From Azolla caroliniana (taxonomy: Eukaryota; Plantae; Polypodiophyta), in the NCBI GenBank assembly GCA_043228905.1, contig JBHGNT010000132.1, positions 6,597-70,596 of the forward strand: 64,000 nucleotides of DNA. The letters are read 5' to 3'. Of the stretch, positions 13,501 to 29,100 are shown one piece after another (position 1 is the first letter of the stretch; the number at the start of each line of letters is the position of its first letter). A program made the position numbers and the translations under genes. The notes below the pieces were generated by a model. That model saw nothing but the letters and a program-made list of their open reading frames with translations, was not told the origin of the DNA and ran no database searches.

Positions 13501-16500
13501 ACTCACTCCTCAAATTTGGAAATTTCGTCATGTCTCTCGACCTGAGTTTCAAAATCTTGATTTTTTAATTCCATATCATAACTAGCGTTGTTAGCTTCGA
13601 TTCGCATGTTTGAACACAAAAATCCGATATGACACGAGCCAGGTATGAACATTTTGATTTACTCAAGGGCTCCTCTCAACTCACCCCTCAAATTTGGTAA
13701 GTTCGTCATGTCTCTCGACCTGAGTTTAAAAATCTTGATTTTTTAATTCCATATCATAGGTAGTGTTGTTAGCTTCGATTTGCATGTTTGAACACAAAAA
13801 TCCGATATGACACGAGCCAGGTATGAACATTTTGATTTACTCAAGGGCTCCTCTCAACTCACCCCTCAAATTTGGTAAGTTCGTCATGTCTCTCGACCTG
13901 AGTTTCATAATCTTGATTTTTTAATTCCATATCATAGCTAGCGTTGTTAGCTTCGATTCGCATGTTTGAACACAAAAATCCGATATGACACGAGCCAGGT
14001 ATGAACATTTTAATTTACCTCCTAGCTCTTCTTAACTCACTTCTCAAATTTGGTAATTTCGTCATGTCTCTCGACTTGAGTTTCAAAATCTTGATTTTTT
14101 AATTCCCCATCATAGCTAGCGCTGTTAGCTTCGATTCGCATGTTTGAAAACAAAAATACGATATGACACGAGTAAGGTATGAATATTTTAATTTACTCAA
14201 GGGCTCCTCTCAACTCACTCCTCAAATTTGGTAATTTCGTCATGTCTGTCAACCTGAGTTTCAAAATCTTGATTTTTTAATTCCATATCATAACTAGCAT
14301 TGTTAGCTTCGATTCGCATGTTTGAACACAAAAATCCGATATGACACGAACCAGGTATGAACATTTTAATTTACTCAAGGGCTCCTCTCAACTCACTCCT
14401 CAAATTTGGTAATTTCGTCATGTCTGTCGACTTGAGTTTCAAAATCTTGATTTTTTAATTCCATATAATAGCTAGCATTGTTAGCTTCGATTCGCATGTT
14501 TGAACACAAAAATCCGATATCACACGAGCCAGGTATGAACTATTTAATTTACCTCCTAGCTCTTCTCAACTCACTCCTCAAATTTGGAAATTTCGTCATG
14601 TCTCTCGACCTGAGTTTCAAAATCTTGATTTTTTAATTCCATATCATAGCTAGCGTTGTTAGCTTCGATTCGCATGTTTGAACACAAAACTCCGATATCA
14701 CACGAGCCAGGTATGAACATTTTCATTTACTCAAGGGCTCTTCTCAACTCACTCCTCAAATTTGGTAATTTCGTCATGTCTGTCGACCTGAGATTCAAAA
14801 TCTTGATTTTTTAATTCCATATCATAACTAGCGTTGTTAGCTTCGATTCGCATGTTTGAACACAAAAATCCGATATCACACGAGCCAGGTATGAACATTT
14901 TCATTTACTCAAGGGCTCTTCTCAACTCACTCCTCAAATTTGGTAATTTCGTCATGTCTGTCGACCTGAGTTTCAAAATCTTGATTTTTTAATTCCATAT
15001 CATAACTAGCGTTGTTAGCTTCGATTCGCAAGTTTGAACACAAAAATCCGATATCACACGAGCTAGGTATGAACATTTTCGTTTACCCACTAGCTGCTCT
15101 CAACTCACTCCTCAAATTTGGTAATTTCGTCATGTCTGTCGACCTGAGTTTCAAAATCTTGATTTTTTAATTCCATATCATAGCTAGCGTTGTTAGCTTC
15201 GATTCGCATATTTGAACACAAAAATCCGATATCACACGAGCCAGGTATGAACTATTTAATTTACCTCCTAGCTCTTCTCAACTCACTCCTCAAATTTGGA
15301 AATTTCGTCATGTCTCTCGACCTGAGTTTCAAAATCTTGATTTTTTAATTCCATATCATAGCTAGCGTTGTTAGCTTCGATTCGCATGTTTGAACACAAA
15401 ACTCCGATATGACACGAGCCAGGTATGAACATTTCGATTTACTCAAGGGCTCCTCTCAACTCACTCCTCAAATTTGGTAATTTCGTCATGTCTGTCGACC
15501 TGAGTTTCAAAATCTTGATTTTTTAATTCCATATAATAGCTAGCGTTGTTATCTTCGATTCGCATGTTTGAACACAAAACTCCGATATGACACGAGCCAG
15601 GTATGAACATTTTAATTTACTCAAGGGCTCCTCTCAACTCACTACTCAAATTTGGTAATTTCGTCATGTCTGTCGACCTGAGTTTCAAAATCTTGATTTT
15701 TTAATTCCATATCATAGCTAGCGTTGTTAGCTTCGATTCGCATGTTTGAACACAAAACTCCGATATCACACGAGCCAGGTATGAACATTTTCATTTACTC
15801 AAGGGCTCTTCTCAACTCACTCCTCAAATTTGGTAATTTCGTCATGTCTGTCGACCTGAGTTTCAAAATCTTGATTTTTTAATTCCATATCATAACTAGC
15901 GTTGTTAGCTTCGATTCGCAAGTTTGAACACAAAAATCCGATATCACACGAGCTAGGTATGAACATTTTCGTTTACCCACTACCTGCTCTTAACTCACTC
16001 CTCAAATTTGGTAATTTCGTCATGTCTGTCGACCTGAGTTTCAAAATCTTGATTTTTTAATTCCATATCATAGCTAGCGTTGTTAGCTTCGATTCGCATA
16101 TTTGAACACAAAAATCCGATATGACACGAGCTAGGTATGAATATTTTCGTTTACCCACTAGCTCGTCTTAACTCACTCCTCAAATTTGGTAATTTCGTCA
16201 TGTCTCTCGACCTGAGTTTCAAAATCTTGATTTTTTAATTCCATATCATAGCTAGCGTTGTTAGCTTCGATTCGCATGTTTGAACACAAAAATCCGATAT
16301 GACACGAGCCAGGTATGAACATTTTGATTTACTCAAGGGCTCCTCTCAACTCACTCCTCAAATTTGGTAATTTCTTCATGTCTGTCGACCTGAGTTTCAA
16401 AATCTTGATTTTTTAATTCCATATCATAGCTAGCGTTGTTAGCTTCGATTCGCATGTTTGAACACAAAAATCCGATATCACACGAGCCAGGTATGAACAT

Positions 16501-19500
16501 TTTCATTTACTCAAGGGCTCCTCTCCACTACTTCCTCAAGTTTGCTAATTTCGTCATGTCTCTCGACCTGAGTTTCAAAATCTTGATTTTTTAATTCCAT
16601 ATCATAGGTAGTGTTGTTAGCTTCGATTTGCATGTTTGAACACAAAAATCCGATATGACACGAGCCAGGTATGAACATTTTAATTTACTCAAGGGCTCCT
16701 CTCAACTCACTCCTCAAATATGGTAATTTCGTCGTGTCTGTCGACCTGAGTTTTAAAATCTTGATTTTTAAATTCCATATCATAGCTAGCGTTGTTATCT
16801 TCGATTCGCATGTTTGAACACAGAAATCGGATATCACACGAGCCAGGTATGAACATTTTAATTTACCTCCTAGCTCTTCTTAACTCACTCCTCAAATTTG
16901 GTAATTTCGTCATGTCTCTCGACTTGAGTTTCAAAATCTTGATTTTTTAATTCCCCATCATAGCTAGCGTTGTTAGCTTCGATTCGCATGTTTGAAAACA
17001 AAAATACGATATGACACGAGTCAGGTATGAATATTTTAATTTACCTCCTAGCTCTTCTTAACTCACTCCTCAAATTTGGTAATTTCGTCATGTCTCTCGA
17101 CTTGAGTTTCAAAATCTTGATTTTTTAATTCCCCATCATAGCTAGCGTTGTTAGCTTCGATTCGCATGTTTGAAAACAAAAATACGATATGACACGAGTC
17201 AGGTATGAATATTTTAATTTACTAAAGGGCTCCTCTCAACTCACTCCTCAAATTTGGTAATTTCGTCATGTCTGTCAACCTGAGTTTCAAAATCTTGATT
17301 TTTTAATTCCATATCATAACTAGCATTGTTAGCTTCGATTCGCATGTTTGAACACAAAAATCCGATATGACACGAGCCAGGTATGAACATTTTGATTTAC
17401 TCAAGGGCTCCTCTCAACTCACTCCTCAAATTTGGTAATTTCGTCATGTCTCTCGACCTGAGTTTCAAAATCTTGATTTTCTAATTCCATATCATAGCTA
17501 GCGTTGTTAGCTTCGATTCGCATGTTTGAACACAAAACTCCGAAATGACACGAACCAGGTATGAACATTTTAATTTACTCAAGGGCTCCTCTCAACTCAC
17601 TCCTCAAATTTGGTAATTTCGTCATGTCTGTCGACTTGAGTTTCAAAATCTTGATTTTTTAATTCCATATCATAGCTAGCATTGTTAGCTTCGATTCGCA
17701 TGTTTGAACACAAAAATCCGATATCACACGAGCCAGGTATGAACATTTTCATTTACTCAAGGGCTCCTCTCCACTACTTCCTCAAGTTTGCTAATTTCGT
17801 CATGTCTCTCGACCTGAGTTTCAAAATCTTGATTTTTTAATTCCATATCATAGGTAGTGTTGTTAGCTTCGATTTGCATGTTTGAACACAAAAATCCGAT
17901 ATGACACGAGCCAGGTATGAACATTTTAATTTACTCAAGGGCTCCTCTCAACTCACTCCTCAAATATGGTAATTTCGTCGTGTCTGTCGACCTGAGTTTT
18001 AAAATCTTGATTTTTAAATTCCATATCATAGCTAGCGTTGTTATCTTCGATTCGCATGTTTGAACACAGAAATCGGATATCACACGAGCCAGGTATGAAC
18101 ATTTTAATTTACCTCCTAGCTCTTCTTAACTCACTCCTCAAATTTGGTAATTTCGTCATGTCTCTCGACTTGAGTTTCAAAATCTTGATTTTTTAATTCC
18201 CCATCATAGCTAGCGTTGTTAGCTTCGATTCGCATGTTTGAAAACAAAAATACGATATGACACGAGTCAGGTATGAATATTTTAATTTACCTCCTAGCTC
18301 TTCTTAACTCACTCCTCAAATTTGGTAATTTCGTCATGTCTCTCGACTTGACTTTCAAAATCTTGATTTTTTAATTCCCCATCATAGCTAGCGTTGTTAG
18401 CTTCGATTCGCATGTTTGAAAACAAAAATACGATATGACACGAGTCAGGTATGAATATTTTAATTTACTAAAGGGCTCCTCTCAACTCACTCCTCAAATT
18501 TGGTAATTTCGTCATGTCTGTCAACCTGAGTTTCAAAATCTTGATTTTTTAATTCCATATCATAACTAGCATTGTTAGCTTCGATTCGCATGTTTGAACA
18601 CAAAAATCCGATATGACACGAGCCAGGTATGAACATTTTGATTTACTCAAGGGCTCCTCTCAACTCACTCCTCAAATTTGGTAATTTCGTCATGTCTCTC
18701 GACCTGAGTTTCAAAATCTTGATTTTCTAATTCCATATCATAGCTAGCGTTGTTAGCTTCGATTCGCATGTTTGAACACAAAACTCCGAAATGACACGAA
18801 CCAGGTATGAACATTTTAATTTACTCAAGGGCTCCTCTCAACTCACTCCTCAAATTTGGTAATTTCGTCATGTCTGTCGACTTGAGTTTCAAAATCTTGA
18901 TTTTTTAATTCCATATCATAGCTAGCATTGTTAGCTTCGATTCGCATGTTTGAACACAAAAATCCGATATCACACGAGCCAGGTATGAACTATTTAATTT
19001 ACCTCCTAGCTCTTCTCAACTCACTCCTCAAATTTGGAAATTTCGTCATGTCTCTCGACCTGAGTTTCAAAATCTTGATTTTTTAATTCCATATCATAGC
19101 TAGCGTTGTTAGCTTCGATTCGCATGTTTGAACACAAAACTCCGATATGACACGAGCCAGGTATGAACATTTCGATTTACTCAAGGGCTCCTCTCAACTC
19201 ACTCCTCAAATTTGGTAATTTCGTCATGTCTGTCGACCTGAGTTTCAAAATCTTGATTTTTTAATTCCATATAATAGCTAGCGTTGTTATCTTCGATTCG
19301 CATGTTTGAACACAAAACTCCGATATGACACGAGCCAGGTATGAACATTTTAATTTACTCAAGGGCTCCTCTCAACTCACTACTCAAATTTGGTAATTTC
19401 GTCATGTCTGTCGACCTGAGTTTCAAAATCTTGATTTTTTAATTCCATATCATAGCTAGCGTTGTTAGCTTCGATTCGCATGTTTGAACACAAAACTCCG

Positions 19501-22500
19501 ATATCACACGAGCCAGGTATGAACATTTTCATTTACTCAAGGGCTCTTCTCAACTCACTCCTCAAATTTGGTAATTTCGTCATGTCTGTCGACCTGAGTT
19601 TCAAAATCTTGATTTTTTAATTCCATATCATAACTAGCGTTGTTAGCTTCGATTCGCAAGTTTGAACACAAAAATCCGATATCACACGAGCTAGGTATGA
19701 ACATTTTCGTTTACCCACTAGCTGCTCTCAACTCACTCCTCAAATTTGGTAATTTCGTCATGTCTGTCGACCTGAGTTTCAAAATCTTGATTTTTTAATT
19801 CCATATCATAGCTAGCGTTGTTAGCTTCGATTCGCATATTTGAACACAAAAATCCGATATGACACGAGCTAGGTATGAATATTTTCGTTTACCCACTAGC
19901 TCGTCTTAACTCACTCCTCAAATTTGGTAATTTCATCATGTCTCTCGACCTGAGTTTCAAAATCTTGATTTTTTAATTCCAAATCATAGCTAGCGTTGTT
20001 AGCTTCGATTCGCATGTTTGAACACAAAACTCTGATATCACACGAGCCAGGTATGAACATTTTCATTTACTCAAGGGCTCTTCTCAACTCACTCCTCAAA
20101 TTTGGAAATTTCGTCATGTCTCTCGACCTGCGTTTCAAAATCTTGATTTTTTAATTCCATATCATAGCTAGCATTGTTAGCTTCGATTCGCATGTTTGAA
20201 CATAAAAATCCGATATGACACGAGCCAGGTATGAACATTTTGATTTACTCAAGGGCTCCTCTCAACTCACTCCTCAAATTTGGTAATTTCGTCATGTATC
20301 TCGACCTGAGTTTCAAAATCTTGATTTTTTAATTCCATTTCAGAGCTAGCGTTCTTAGCTTCGATTCGCATGTTTGAACACAAAACTCCGATATCGGACG
20401 AGCCAGGTATGAACATTTTCATTTACTCAAGGGTTCTTCTCAACTCACTCCTCAAATTTGGTAATTTCGTCATGTCTGTCGACCTGAGTTTCAAAATCTT
20501 GATTTTTTAATTCCATATCATAGCTAGCGTTGTTAGCTTCGATTCGCATGTTTGAACACAAAAATCCGATATCACACGAGCCAGGTATGAACTATTTAAT
20601 TTACCTCCTAGCTCTTCTCAACTCACTCCTCAAATTTGGAAATTTCGTCATGTCTCTCGACCTGAGTTTCAAAATCTTGATTTTTTAATTCCATATCATA
20701 ACTAGCGTTGTTAGCTTCGATTCGCATGTTTGAACACAAAAATCCGATATGACACGAGCCAGGTATGAACATTTTGATTTACTCAAGGGCTCCTCTCAAC
20801 TCACCCCTCAAATTTGGTAAGTTCGTCATGTCTCTCGACCTGAGTTTAAAAATCTTGATTTTTTAATTCCATATCATAGGTAGTGTTGTTAGCTTCGATT
20901 TGCATGTTTGAACACAAAAATCCGATATGACACGAGCCAGGTATGAACATTTTGATTTACTCAAGGGCTCCTCTCAACTCACCCCTCAAATTTGGTAAGT
21001 TCGTCATGTCTCTCGACCTGAGTTTCATAATCTTGATTTTTTAATTCCATATCATAGCTAGCGTTGTTAGCTTCGATTCGCATGTTTGAACACAAAAATC
21101 CGATATGACACGAGCCAGGTATGAACATTTTAATTTACCTCCTAGCTCTTCTTAACTCACTTCTCAAATTTGGTAATTTCGTCATGTCTCTCGACTTGAG
21201 TTTCAAAATCTTGATTTTTTAATTCCCCATCATAGCTAGCGCTGTTAGCTTCGATTCGCATGTTTGAAAACAAAAATACGATATGACACGAGTAAGGTAT
21301 GAATATTTTAATTTACTCAAGGGCTCCTCTCAACTCACTCCTCAAATTTGGTAATTTCGTCATGTCTGTCAACCTGAGTTTCAAAATCTTGATTTTTTAA
21401 TTCCATATCATAACTAGCATTGTTAGCTTCGATTCGCATGTTTGAACACAAAAATCCGATATGACACGAACCAGGTATGAACATTTTAATTTACTCAAGG
21501 GCTCCTCTCAACTCACTCCTCAAATTTGGTAATTTCGTCATGTCTGTCGACTTGAGTTTCAAAATCTTGATTTTTTAATTCCATATAATAGCTAGCATTG
21601 TTAGCTTCGATTCGCATGTTTGAACACAAAAATCCGATATCACACGAGCCAGGTATGAACTATTTAATTTACCTCCTAGCTCTTCTCAACTCACTCCTCA
21701 AATTTGGAAATTTCGTCATGTCTCTCGACCTGAGTTTCAAAATCTTGATTTTTTAATTCCATATCATAGCTAGCGTTGTTAGCTTCGATTCGCATGTTTG
21801 AACACAAAACTCCGATATCACACGAGCCAGGTATGAACATTTTCATTTACTCAAGGGCTCTTCTCAACTCACTCCTCAAATTTGGTAATTTCGTCATGTC
21901 TGTCGACCTGAGATTCAAAATCTTGATTTTTTAATTCCATATCATAACTAGCGTTGTTAGCTTCGATTCGCATGTTTGAACACAAAAATCCGATATCACA
22001 CGAGCCAGGTATGAACATTTTCATTTACTCAAGGGCTCTTCTCAACTCACTCCTCAAATTTGGTAATTTCGTCATGTCTGTCGACCTGAGTTTCAAAATC
22101 TTGATTTTTTAATTCCATATCATAACTAGCGTTGTTAGCTTCGATTCGCAAGTTTGAACACAAAAATCCGATATCACACGAGCTAGGTATGAACATTTTC
22201 GTTTACCCACTAGCTGCTCTCAACTCACTCCTCAAATTTGGTAATTTCGTCATGTCTGTCGACCTGAGTTTCAAAATCTTGATTTTTTAATTCCATATCA
22301 TAGCTAGCGTTGTTAGCTTCGATTCGCATATTTGAACACAGAAATCCGATATCACACGAGCCAGGTATGAACTATTTAATTTACCTCCTAGCTCTTCTCA
22401 ACTCACTCCTCAAATTTGGAAATTTCGTCATGTCTCTCGACCTGAGTTTCAAAATCTTGATTTTTTAATTCCATATCATAGCTAGCGTTGTTAGCTTCGA

Positions 22501-25500
22501 TTCGCATGTTTGAACACAAAACTCCGATATGACACGAGCCAGGTATGAACATTTCGATTTACTCAAGGGCTCCTCTCAACTCACTCCTCAAATTTGGTAA
22601 TTTCGTCATGTCTGTCGACCTGAGTTTCAAAATCTTGATTTTTTAATTCCATATAATAGCTAGCGTTGTTATCTTCGATTCGCATGTTTGAACACAAAAC
22701 TCCGATATGACACGAGCCAGGTATGAACATTTTAATTTACTCAAGGGCTCCTCTCAACTCACTACTCAAATTTGGTAATTTCGTCATGTCTGTCGACCTG
22801 AGTTTCAAAATCTTGATTTTTTAATTCCATATCATAGCTAGCGTTGTTAGCTTCGATTCGCATGTTTGAACACAAAACTCCGATATCACACGAGCCAGGT
22901 ATGAACATTTTCATTTACTCAAGGGCTCTTCTCAACTCACTCCTCAAATTTGGTAATTTCGTCATGTCTGTCGACCTGAGTTTCAAAATCTTGATTTTTT
23001 AATTCCATATCATAACTAGCGTTGTTAGCTTCGATTCGCAAGTTTGAACACAAAAATCCGATATCACACGAGCTAGGTATGAACATTTTCGTTTACCCAC
23101 TACCTGCTCTTAACTCACTCCTCAAATTTGGTAATTTCGTCATGTCTGTCGACCTGAGTTTCAAAATCTTGATTTTTTAATTCCATATCATAGCTAGCGT
23201 TGTTAGCTTCGATTCGCATATTTGAACACAAAAATCCGATATGACACGAGCTAGGTATGAATATTTTCGTTTACCCACTAGCTCGTCTTAACTCACTCCT
23301 CAAATTTGGTAATTTCGTCATGTCTCTCGACCTGAGTTTCAAAATCTTGATTTTTTAATTCCATATCATAGCTAGCGTTGTTAGCTTCGATTCGCATGTT
23401 TGAACACAAAAATCCGATATGACACGAGCCAGGTATGAACATTTTGATTTACTCAAGGGCTCCTCTCAACTCACTCCTCAAATTTGGTAATTTCTTCATG
23501 TCTGTCGACCTGAGTTTCAAAATCTTGATTTTTTAATTCCATATCATAGCTAGCGTTGTTAGCTTCGATTCGCATGTTTGAACACAAAAATCCGATATCA
23601 CACGAGCCAGGTATGAACATTTTCATTTACTCAAGGGCTCCTCTCCACTACTTCCTCAAGTTTGCTAATTTCGTCATGTCTCTCGACCTGAGTTTCAAAA
23701 TCTTGATTTTTTAATTCCATATCATAGGTAGTGTTGTTAGCTTCGATTTGCATGTTTGAACACAAAAATCCGATATGACACGAGCCAGGTATGAACATTT
23801 TAATTTACTCAAGGGCTCCTCTCAACTCACTCCTCAAATATGGTAATTTCGTCGTGTCTGTCGACCTGAGTTTTAAAATCTTGATTTTTAAATTCCATAT
23901 CATAGCTAGCGTTGTTATCTTCGATTCGCATGTTTGAACACAGAAATCGGATATCACACGAGCCAGGTATGAACATTTTAATTTACCTCCTAGCTCTTCT
24001 TAACTCACTCCTCAAATTTGGTAATTTCGTCATGTCTCTCGACTTGAGTTTCAAAATCTTGATTTTTTAATTCCCCATCATAGCTAGCGTTGTTAGCTTC
24101 GATTCGCATGTTTGAAAACAAAAATACGATATGACACGAGTCAGGTATGAATATTTTAATTTACCTCCTAGCTCTTCTTAACTCACTCCTCAAATTTGGT
24201 AATTTCGTCATGTCTCTCGACTTGAGTTTCAAAATCTTGATTTTTTAATTCCCCATCATAGCTAGCGTTGTTAGCTTCGATTCGCATGTTTGAAAACAAA
24301 AATACGATATGACACGAGTCAGGTATGAATATTTTAATTTACTAAAGGGCTCCTCTCAACTCACTCCTCAAATTTGGTAATTTCGTCATGTCTGTCAACC
24401 TGAGTTTCAAAATCTTGATTTTTTAATTCCATATCATAACTAGCATTGTTAGCTTCGATTCGCATGTTTGAACACAAAAATCCGATATGACACGAGCCAG
24501 GTATGAACATTTTGATTTACTCAAGGGCTCCTCTCAACTCACTCCTCAAATTTGGTAATTTCGTCATGTCTCTCGACCTGAGTTTCAAAATCTTGATTTT
24601 CTAATTCCATATCATAGCTAGCGTTGTTAGCTTCGATTCGCATGTTTGAACACAAAACTCCGAAATGACACGAACCAGGTATGAACATTTTAATTTACTC
24701 AAGGGCTCCTCTCAACTCACTCCTCAAATTTGGTAATTTCGTCATGTCTGTCGACTTGAGTTTCAAAATCTTGATTTTTTAATTCCATATCATAGCTAGC
24801 ATTGTTAGCTTCGATTCGCATGTTTGAACACAAAAATCCGATATCACACGAGCCAGGTATGAACATTTTCATTTACTCAAGGGCTCCTCTCCACTACTTC
24901 CTCAAGTTTGCTAATTTCGTCATGTCTCTCGACCTGAGTTTCAAAATCTTGATTTTTTAATTCCATATCATAGGTAGTGTTGTTAGCTTCGATTTGCATG
25001 TTTGAACACAAAAATCCGATATGACACGAGCCAGGTATGAACATTTTAATTTACTCAAGGGCTCCTCTCAACTCACTCCTCAAATATGGTAATTTCGTCG
25101 TGTCTGTCGACCTGAGTTTTAAAATCTTGATTTTTAAATTCCATATCATAGCTAGCGTTGTTATCTTCGATTCGCATGTTTGAACACAGAAATCGGATAT
25201 CACACGAGCCAGGTATGAACATTTTAATTTACCTCCTAGCTCTTCTTAACTCACTCCTCAAATTTGGTAATTTCGTCATGTCTCTCGACTTGAGTTTCAA
25301 AATCTTGATTTTTTAATTCCCCATCATAGCTAGCGTTGTTAGCTTCGATTCGCATGTTTGAAAACAAAAATACGATATGACACGAGTCAGGTATGAATAT
25401 TTTAATTTACCTCCTAGCTCTTCTTAACTCACTCCTCAAATTTGGTAATTTCGTCATGTCTCTCGACTTGACTTTCAAAATCTTGATTTTTTAATTCCCC

Positions 25501-28500
25501 ATCATAGCTAGCGTTGTTAGCTTCGATTCGCATGTTTGAAAACAAAAATACGATATGACACGAGTCAGGTATGAATATTTTAATTTACTAAAGGGCTCCT
25601 CTCAACTCACTCCTCAAATTTGGTAATTTCGTCATGTCTGTCAACCTGAGTTTCAAAATCTTGATTTTTTAATTCCATATCATAACTAGCATTGTTAGCT
25701 TCGATTCGCATGTTTGAACACAAAAATCCGATATGACACGAGCCAGGTATGAACATTTTGATTTACTCAAGGGCTCCTCTCAACTCACTCCTCAAATTTG
25801 GTAATTTCGTCATGTCTCTCGACCTGAGTTTCAAAATCTTGATTTTCTAATTCCATATCATAGCTAGCGTTGTTAGCTTCGATTCGCATGTTTGAACACA
25901 AAACTCCGAAATGACACGAACCAGGTATGAACATTTTAATTTACTCAAGGGCTCCTCTCAACTCACTCCTCAAATTTGGTAATTTCGTCATGTCTGTCGA
26001 CTTGAGTTTCAAAATCTTGATTTTTTAATTCCATATCATAGCTAGCATTGTTAGCTTCGATTCGCATGTTTGAACACAAAAATCCGATATCACACGAGCC
26101 AGGTATGAACTATTTAATTTACCTCCTAGCTCTTCTCAACTCACTCCTCAAATTTGGAAATTTCGTCATGTCTCTCGACCTGAGTTTCAAAATCTTGATT
26201 TTTTAATTCCATATCATAGCTAGCGTTGTTAGCTTCGATTCGCATGTTTGAACACAAAACTCCGATATGACACGAGCCAGGTATGAACATTTCGATTTAC
26301 TCAAGGGCTCCTCTCAACTCACTCCTCAAATTTGGTAATTTCGTCATGTCTGTCGACCTGAGTTTCAAAATCTTGATTTTTTAATTCCATATAATAGCTA
26401 GCGTTGTTATCTTCGATTCGCATGTTTGAACACAAAACTCCGATATGACACGAGCCAGGTATGAACATTTTAATTTACTCAAGGGCTCCTCTCAACTCAC
26501 TACTCAAATTTGGTAATTTCGTCATGTCTGTCGACCTGAGTTTCAAAATCTTGATTTTTTAATTCCATATCATAGCTAGCGTTGTTAGCTTCGATTCGCA
26601 TGTTTGAACACAAAACTCCGATATCACACGAGCCAGGTATGAACATTTTCATTTACTCAAGGGCTCTTCTCAACTCACTCCTCAAATTTGGTAATTTCGT
26701 CATGTCTGTCGACCTGAGTTTCAAAATCTTGATTTTTTAATTCCATATCATAACTAGCGTTGTTAGCTTCGATTCGCAAGTTTGAACACAAAAATCCGAT
26801 ATCACACGAGCTAGGTATGAACATTTTCGTTTACCCACTAGCTGCTCTCAACTCACTCCTCAAATTTGGTAATTTCGTCATGTCTGTCGACCTGAGTTTC
26901 AAAATCTTGATTTTTTAATTCCATATCATAGCTAGCGTTGTTAGCTTCGATTCGCATATTTGAACACAAAAATCCGATATGACACGAGCTAGGTATGAAT
27001 ATTTTCGTTTACCCACTAGCTCGTCTTAACTCACTCCTCAAATTTGGTAATTTCGTCATGTCTCTCGACCTGAGTTTCAAAATCTTGATTTTTTAATTCC
27101 AAATCATAGCTAGCGTTGTTAGCTTCGATTCGCATGTTTGAACACAAAACTCTGATATCACACGAGCCAGGTATGAACATTTTCATTTACTCAAGGGCTC
27201 TTCTCAACTCACTCCTCAAATTTGGAAATTTCGTCATGTCTCTCGACCTGCGTTTCAAAATCTTGATTTTTTAATTCCATATCATAGCTAGCATTGTTAG
27301 CTTCGATTCGCATGTTTGAACATAAAAATCCGATATGACACGAGCCAGGTATGAACATTTTGATTTACTCAAGGGCTCCTCTCAACTCACTCCTCAAATT
27401 TGGTAATTTCGTCATGTATCTCGACCTGAGTTTCAAAATCTTGATTTTTTAATTCCATTTCAGAGCTAGCGTTCTTAGCTTCGATTCGCATGTTTGAACA
27501 CAAAACTCCGATATCGGACGAGCCAGGTATGAACATTTTCATTTACTCAAGGGTTCTTCTCAACTCACTCCTCAAATTTGGTAATTTCGTCATGTCTGTC
27601 GACCTGAGTTTCAAAATCTTGATTTTTTAATTCCATATCATAGCTAGCGTTGTTAGCTTCGATTCGCATGTTTGAACACAAAAATCCGATATCACACGAG
27701 CCAGGTATGAACTATTTAATTTACCTCCTAGCTCTTCTCAACTCACTCCTCAAATTTGGAAATTTCGTCATGTCTCTCGACCTGAGTTTCAAAATCTTGA
27801 TTTTTTAATTCCATATCATAACTAGCGTTGTTAGCTTCGATTCGCATGTTTGAACACAAAAATCCGATATGACACGAGCCAGGTATGAACATTTTGATTT
27901 ACTCAAGGGCTCCTCTCAACTCACCCCTCAAATTTGGTAAGTTCGTCATGTCTCTCGACCTGAGTTTAAAAATCTTGATTTTTTAATTCCATATCATAGG
28001 TAGTGTTGTTAGCTTCGATTTGCATGTTTGAACACAAAAATCCGATATGACACGAGCCAGGTATGAACATTTTGATTTACTCAAGGGCTCCTCTCAACTC
28101 ACCCCTCAAATTTGGTAAGTTCGTCATGTCTCTCGACCTGAGTTTCATAATCTTGATTTTTTAATTCCATATCATAGCTAGCGTTGTTAGCTTCGATTCG
28201 CATGTTTGAACACAAAAATCCGATATGACACGAGCCAGGTATGAACATTTTAATTTACCTCCTAGCTCTTCTTAACTCACTTCTCAAATTTGGTAATTTC
28301 GTCATGTCTCTCGACTTCAGTTTCAAAATCTTGATTTTTTAATTCCCCATCATAGCTAGCGCTGTTAGCTTCGATTCGCATGTTTGAAAACAAAAATACG
28401 ATATGACACGAGTAAGGTATGAATATTTTAATTTACTCAAGGGCTCCTCTCAACTCACTCCTCAAATTTGGTAATTTCGTCATGTCTGTCAACCTGAGTT

Positions 28501-29100
28501 TCAAAATCTTGATTTTTTAATTCCATATCATAACTAGCATTGTTAGCTTCGATTCGCATGTTTGAACACAAAAATCCGATATGACACGAACCAGGTATGA
28601 ACATTTTAATTTACTCAAGGGCTCCTCTCAACTCACTCCTCAAATATGGTAATTTCGTCATGTCTGTCGACTTGAGTTTCAAAATCTTGATTTTTTAATT
28701 CCATATCATAGCTAGCATTGTTAGCTTCGATTCGCATGTTTGAACACAAAAATCCGATATCACACGAGCCAGGTATGAACTATTTAATTTACCTCCTAGC
28801 TCTTCTCAACTCACTCCTCAAATTTGGAAATTTCGTCATGTCTCTCGACCTGAGTTTCAAAATCTTGATTTTTTAATTCCATATCATAGCTAGCGTTGTT
28901 AGCTTCGATTCGCATGTTTGAACACAAAACTCCGATATCACACGAGCCAGGTATGAACATTTTCATTTACTCAAGGGCTCTTCTCAACTCACTCCTCAAA
29001 TTTGGTAATTTCGTCATGTCTGTCGACCTGAGATTCAAAATCTTGATTTTTTAATTCCATATCATAACTAGCGTTGTTAGCTTCGATTCGCATGTTTGAA
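10562..29100. repeat. 40-monomer (7120 bp) HOR, about 2.6 tandem copies
   Basis: ATATCGGACG at 13271, 20391 and 27511; TACCTGCTCTTAA at 15981 and 23101; CCACTACTTC at 10651, 17771 and 24891. All offsets are exactly 7120 bp. Confidence 0.92.
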
